Shown here in pieces: positions 61,969 to 64,000 of a stretch of DNA of 64,000 bases. A program made the translations under genes and the position numbers. The stretch covers positions 19,973,045 through 20,037,044 of the forward strand of contig NC_092680.1 of NCBI RefSeq assembly GCF_964355755.1, given 5' to 3'. The stretch is from Antedon mediterranea. Its lineage: Eukaryota > Animalia > Echinodermata. A model generated the notes under the pieces. The model did no database searches. It worked only from the letters and a program-made list of their open reading frames with translations, and was not told the origin of the DNA. Numbering within the stretch: position 1 is the stretch's first letter; every line of letters begins with the position of its first letter.

Positions 61969-63816
61969 TTACTTCTTTCTTTTTCGAACAATAACAGAAT
62001 GATGTGTATGCCCAGCGTTTACAATGCCTACACGTTGTTTTAAGTTCAGGCCTCGCGTGAACATACTGGGTATTGATTCGCCAAGGCAATCATTTGGAAT
62101 CCATCCTTCTTTGTTGTCTTTAAGATTTACAGCTCGTACCCAACCTTTTGAAATGATATAAGATAAAAATGTAGAATTAAGTAAAAAACTTATAATGTTA
62201 CTTTATTTTATGTCAATTATATTACAATCGATTGAATATATTTATGCTTTCAATTATATGCCACCGTTGACTACGCTGTCGTACTTACTCTACCTATTTT
62301 TAAAAAAAAAACCGACATACTCAATAACAATGCCTGTAAGCTAATACGCTATGCTGATGACACTGTCATCACAGGACTTTATTGTTCAGAGGATAAGAAT
62401 AACTACTGAAACTCTCTAGTTAATTTTATATCTTGGTGTGACGATAATTATTTAATATTAAATGCCTCAAATGGAGATGGTGTTTAATTTTAGGAAGAAA
62501 TATTCACCCATTGAGGCAGTTATAATTAAGAATAATGAAATAGATGTTGTCAATGAATTTAAGTATCTTGGTACCCTTATAGATAAGGACCTTTGTTGGA
62601 CGCCTAATACAATATACCTTACACAGAAACTCCTTCCTAGTACCATGAGTTCAACTGTAGATTTTTAAGATAATGTTTCAGTTTAGTATTTATTTTATGT
62701 TGTAGTGTGGTGAGTTCTTGCAGCAAGCAAGAAGAATTTCAACTGCCACATGTTTGGCCTTTGACAATAAAGTTTTCTTGTATCTTGTATCTTGTACTGA
62801 GAATTCAACGTTAACAGCAAGTAATACATTCTAGGCCAATATCCAATTCGTGTGATTATGAGAAATAATTAGGTTACCCTACTGTAGGCTATATTATAGC
62901 TGTTATGATATGATGATAAATGAAGCATCATTATATACGTACCAGATGTTTTATCAGTCAATTCTACCTCGTCACCAGCATCCACTTTCAATTCACCTCT
63001 GTCACTTCCAAGAAAATGTTTAGCAATCTTGTACTTGGGTCTACCTGCAACATAAGTTTAGGAGGCTTTAGTACGCTGAACTATGGGCGTCAACATAACC
63101 ATTACCATCCTTTACCTTACTATCCTCAATATACTGCAAACTTAAACGAGATTATTATGTTGAGAATGGTTCTTTAAGAAGAATGCTTACTCCATGAGGC
63201 ATATTGTTCCCCGACGTCACCAGAGAGTCCGGATAAGGTTTTCCACCAGAATTCGAAACTTCTGCAATATTAAAATAGTTGAAAAGTCTATCAGTGACAA
63301 ATACTTTAATGACATCTAAAGCAGATTGGCATGACGTTATCATAAATTCATCAGCATATTCTCCCGGTACTTTTAGAGACGGTGACCTTCGGGGAAGCTT
63401 GGTGTCAAGCGACAGCTGGCTTGCCATGAAGTTGAAAGCTAGAGGCTAAGAAACTATAGGCTATGTTTACTGTCTATAGACATGGAAATCGGGCCCGTTC
63501 CATCATGTAGCATTTACACATTTATCTATTCACTTTTAATAACATGTTTTAACAGCAAACACGTTTACAGATGACTTCAATGTTGCTAGTATTAGTATTT
63601 AAACGTACATGAACAAAAACAACAAACCTGTCTTGCGAAGATTCCCAACAAATATAATACTTCATTCTCTCACATGTATCCTTGTGCATAACAATCAAGA
63701 ACACATTCATTGGCAAACCTTTCTTCTTTGGTACTTTAAACGGATATGTTTCGCTGGATGGCTTCTCAACTTCAACAAAATTCTTGTTGGCACAGTCGAT
63801 GAGCTTATACTTAACA
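61969..63816 (-). CDS. 3' part of an ephexin-family RhoGEF (ARHGEF16/26/NGEF-like; PH C-terminus + SH3); exons 63628-63816, 63191-63261, 62943-63044, 61969-62144; continues beyond the window
   Basis: VKYKLIDCANKNFVEVE...NVFLIVMHKD...SSQDR/SFEFWWKTL...EQYASW/SRPKYKIAKHFLGSDRGELKVDAGDEVELTDKTS/GWVRAVNLKDNKEGWIPNDCL...RGLNLKQR...KRKK*. This shows the PH terminal-helix W, the Y..W..P linker, SH3 EL/GD/GW/GWIP motifs and an ephexin-type tail. Introns are in phase. Confidence 0.78.
62320..62796 (+). mobile_element. Truncated LINE RT fragment (Rex1/Babar- or L2-like) in the last RhoGEF intron
   Basis: LIRYADDTVITGL, WCDDNYLILN, EMVFNFRK, VVNEFKYLGTLIDKDLCW; AATAAA followed by a (TCTTGTA)3 tail. Confidence 0.85.
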
Positions 63817-64000
63817 CTAAATATAGGAAATGGTTTCTATGTAGAATTTTTTATTCTTTTTATTCATAAAATGTAAAACAGTGTTGGTTATATAGTCGTT
63901 CGTAAATCAAATAAAAACATAAATTTATTTCGTTCCAATGGCAAAATTAAAACACGAATAACTAAATGTAGTCAACCCCTTCAACCCAACAGTGGAAGAC

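Noticed and set aside
63155-63427. 90-aa minus-strand ORF as a RhoGEF exon
   Set aside because: The phase-compatible exon is 63191-63261 in a different frame (SFEFWWKTL...YASW); the longer ORF is incidental.

Overview
AT-rich, intron-rich animal genomic DNA, probably from a marine invertebrate; the species cannot be determined from sequence alone. All exon models were built by hand from splice sites, intron phase and remembered homology, not from searches. The left third holds three conserved housekeeping genes: UBE2W (-), LRRC28 (-) and an acyl-protein thioesterase LYPLA1/2 (+). LRRC28 and LYPLA are divergent, and their shared upstream region is bracketed by a ~160-bp inverted duplication. 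The right two-thirds is a ~22-kb tandem segmental duplication carrying two apparently intact, kinase-less Roco GTPase genes (~1142 and ~1135 aa). Their architecture is ankyrin repeats - Roc - COR - Cys/His cluster - tandem death effector domains (DED-DED). Paralog differences cluster on the predicted ankyrin binding face, which makes them candidate innate-immune or cell-death sensors. The window ends in the 3' part of an ephexin-type RhoGEF (PH-SH3, -), and a decayed copy of it follows Roco paralog A. Introns carry many TEs (Kolobok-like, P/hAT-like, Harbinger-like MITEs, a Helitron, LINE fragments, tRNA SINEs), several minisatellites, and a Penelope-type minimal hammerhead ribozyme motif.
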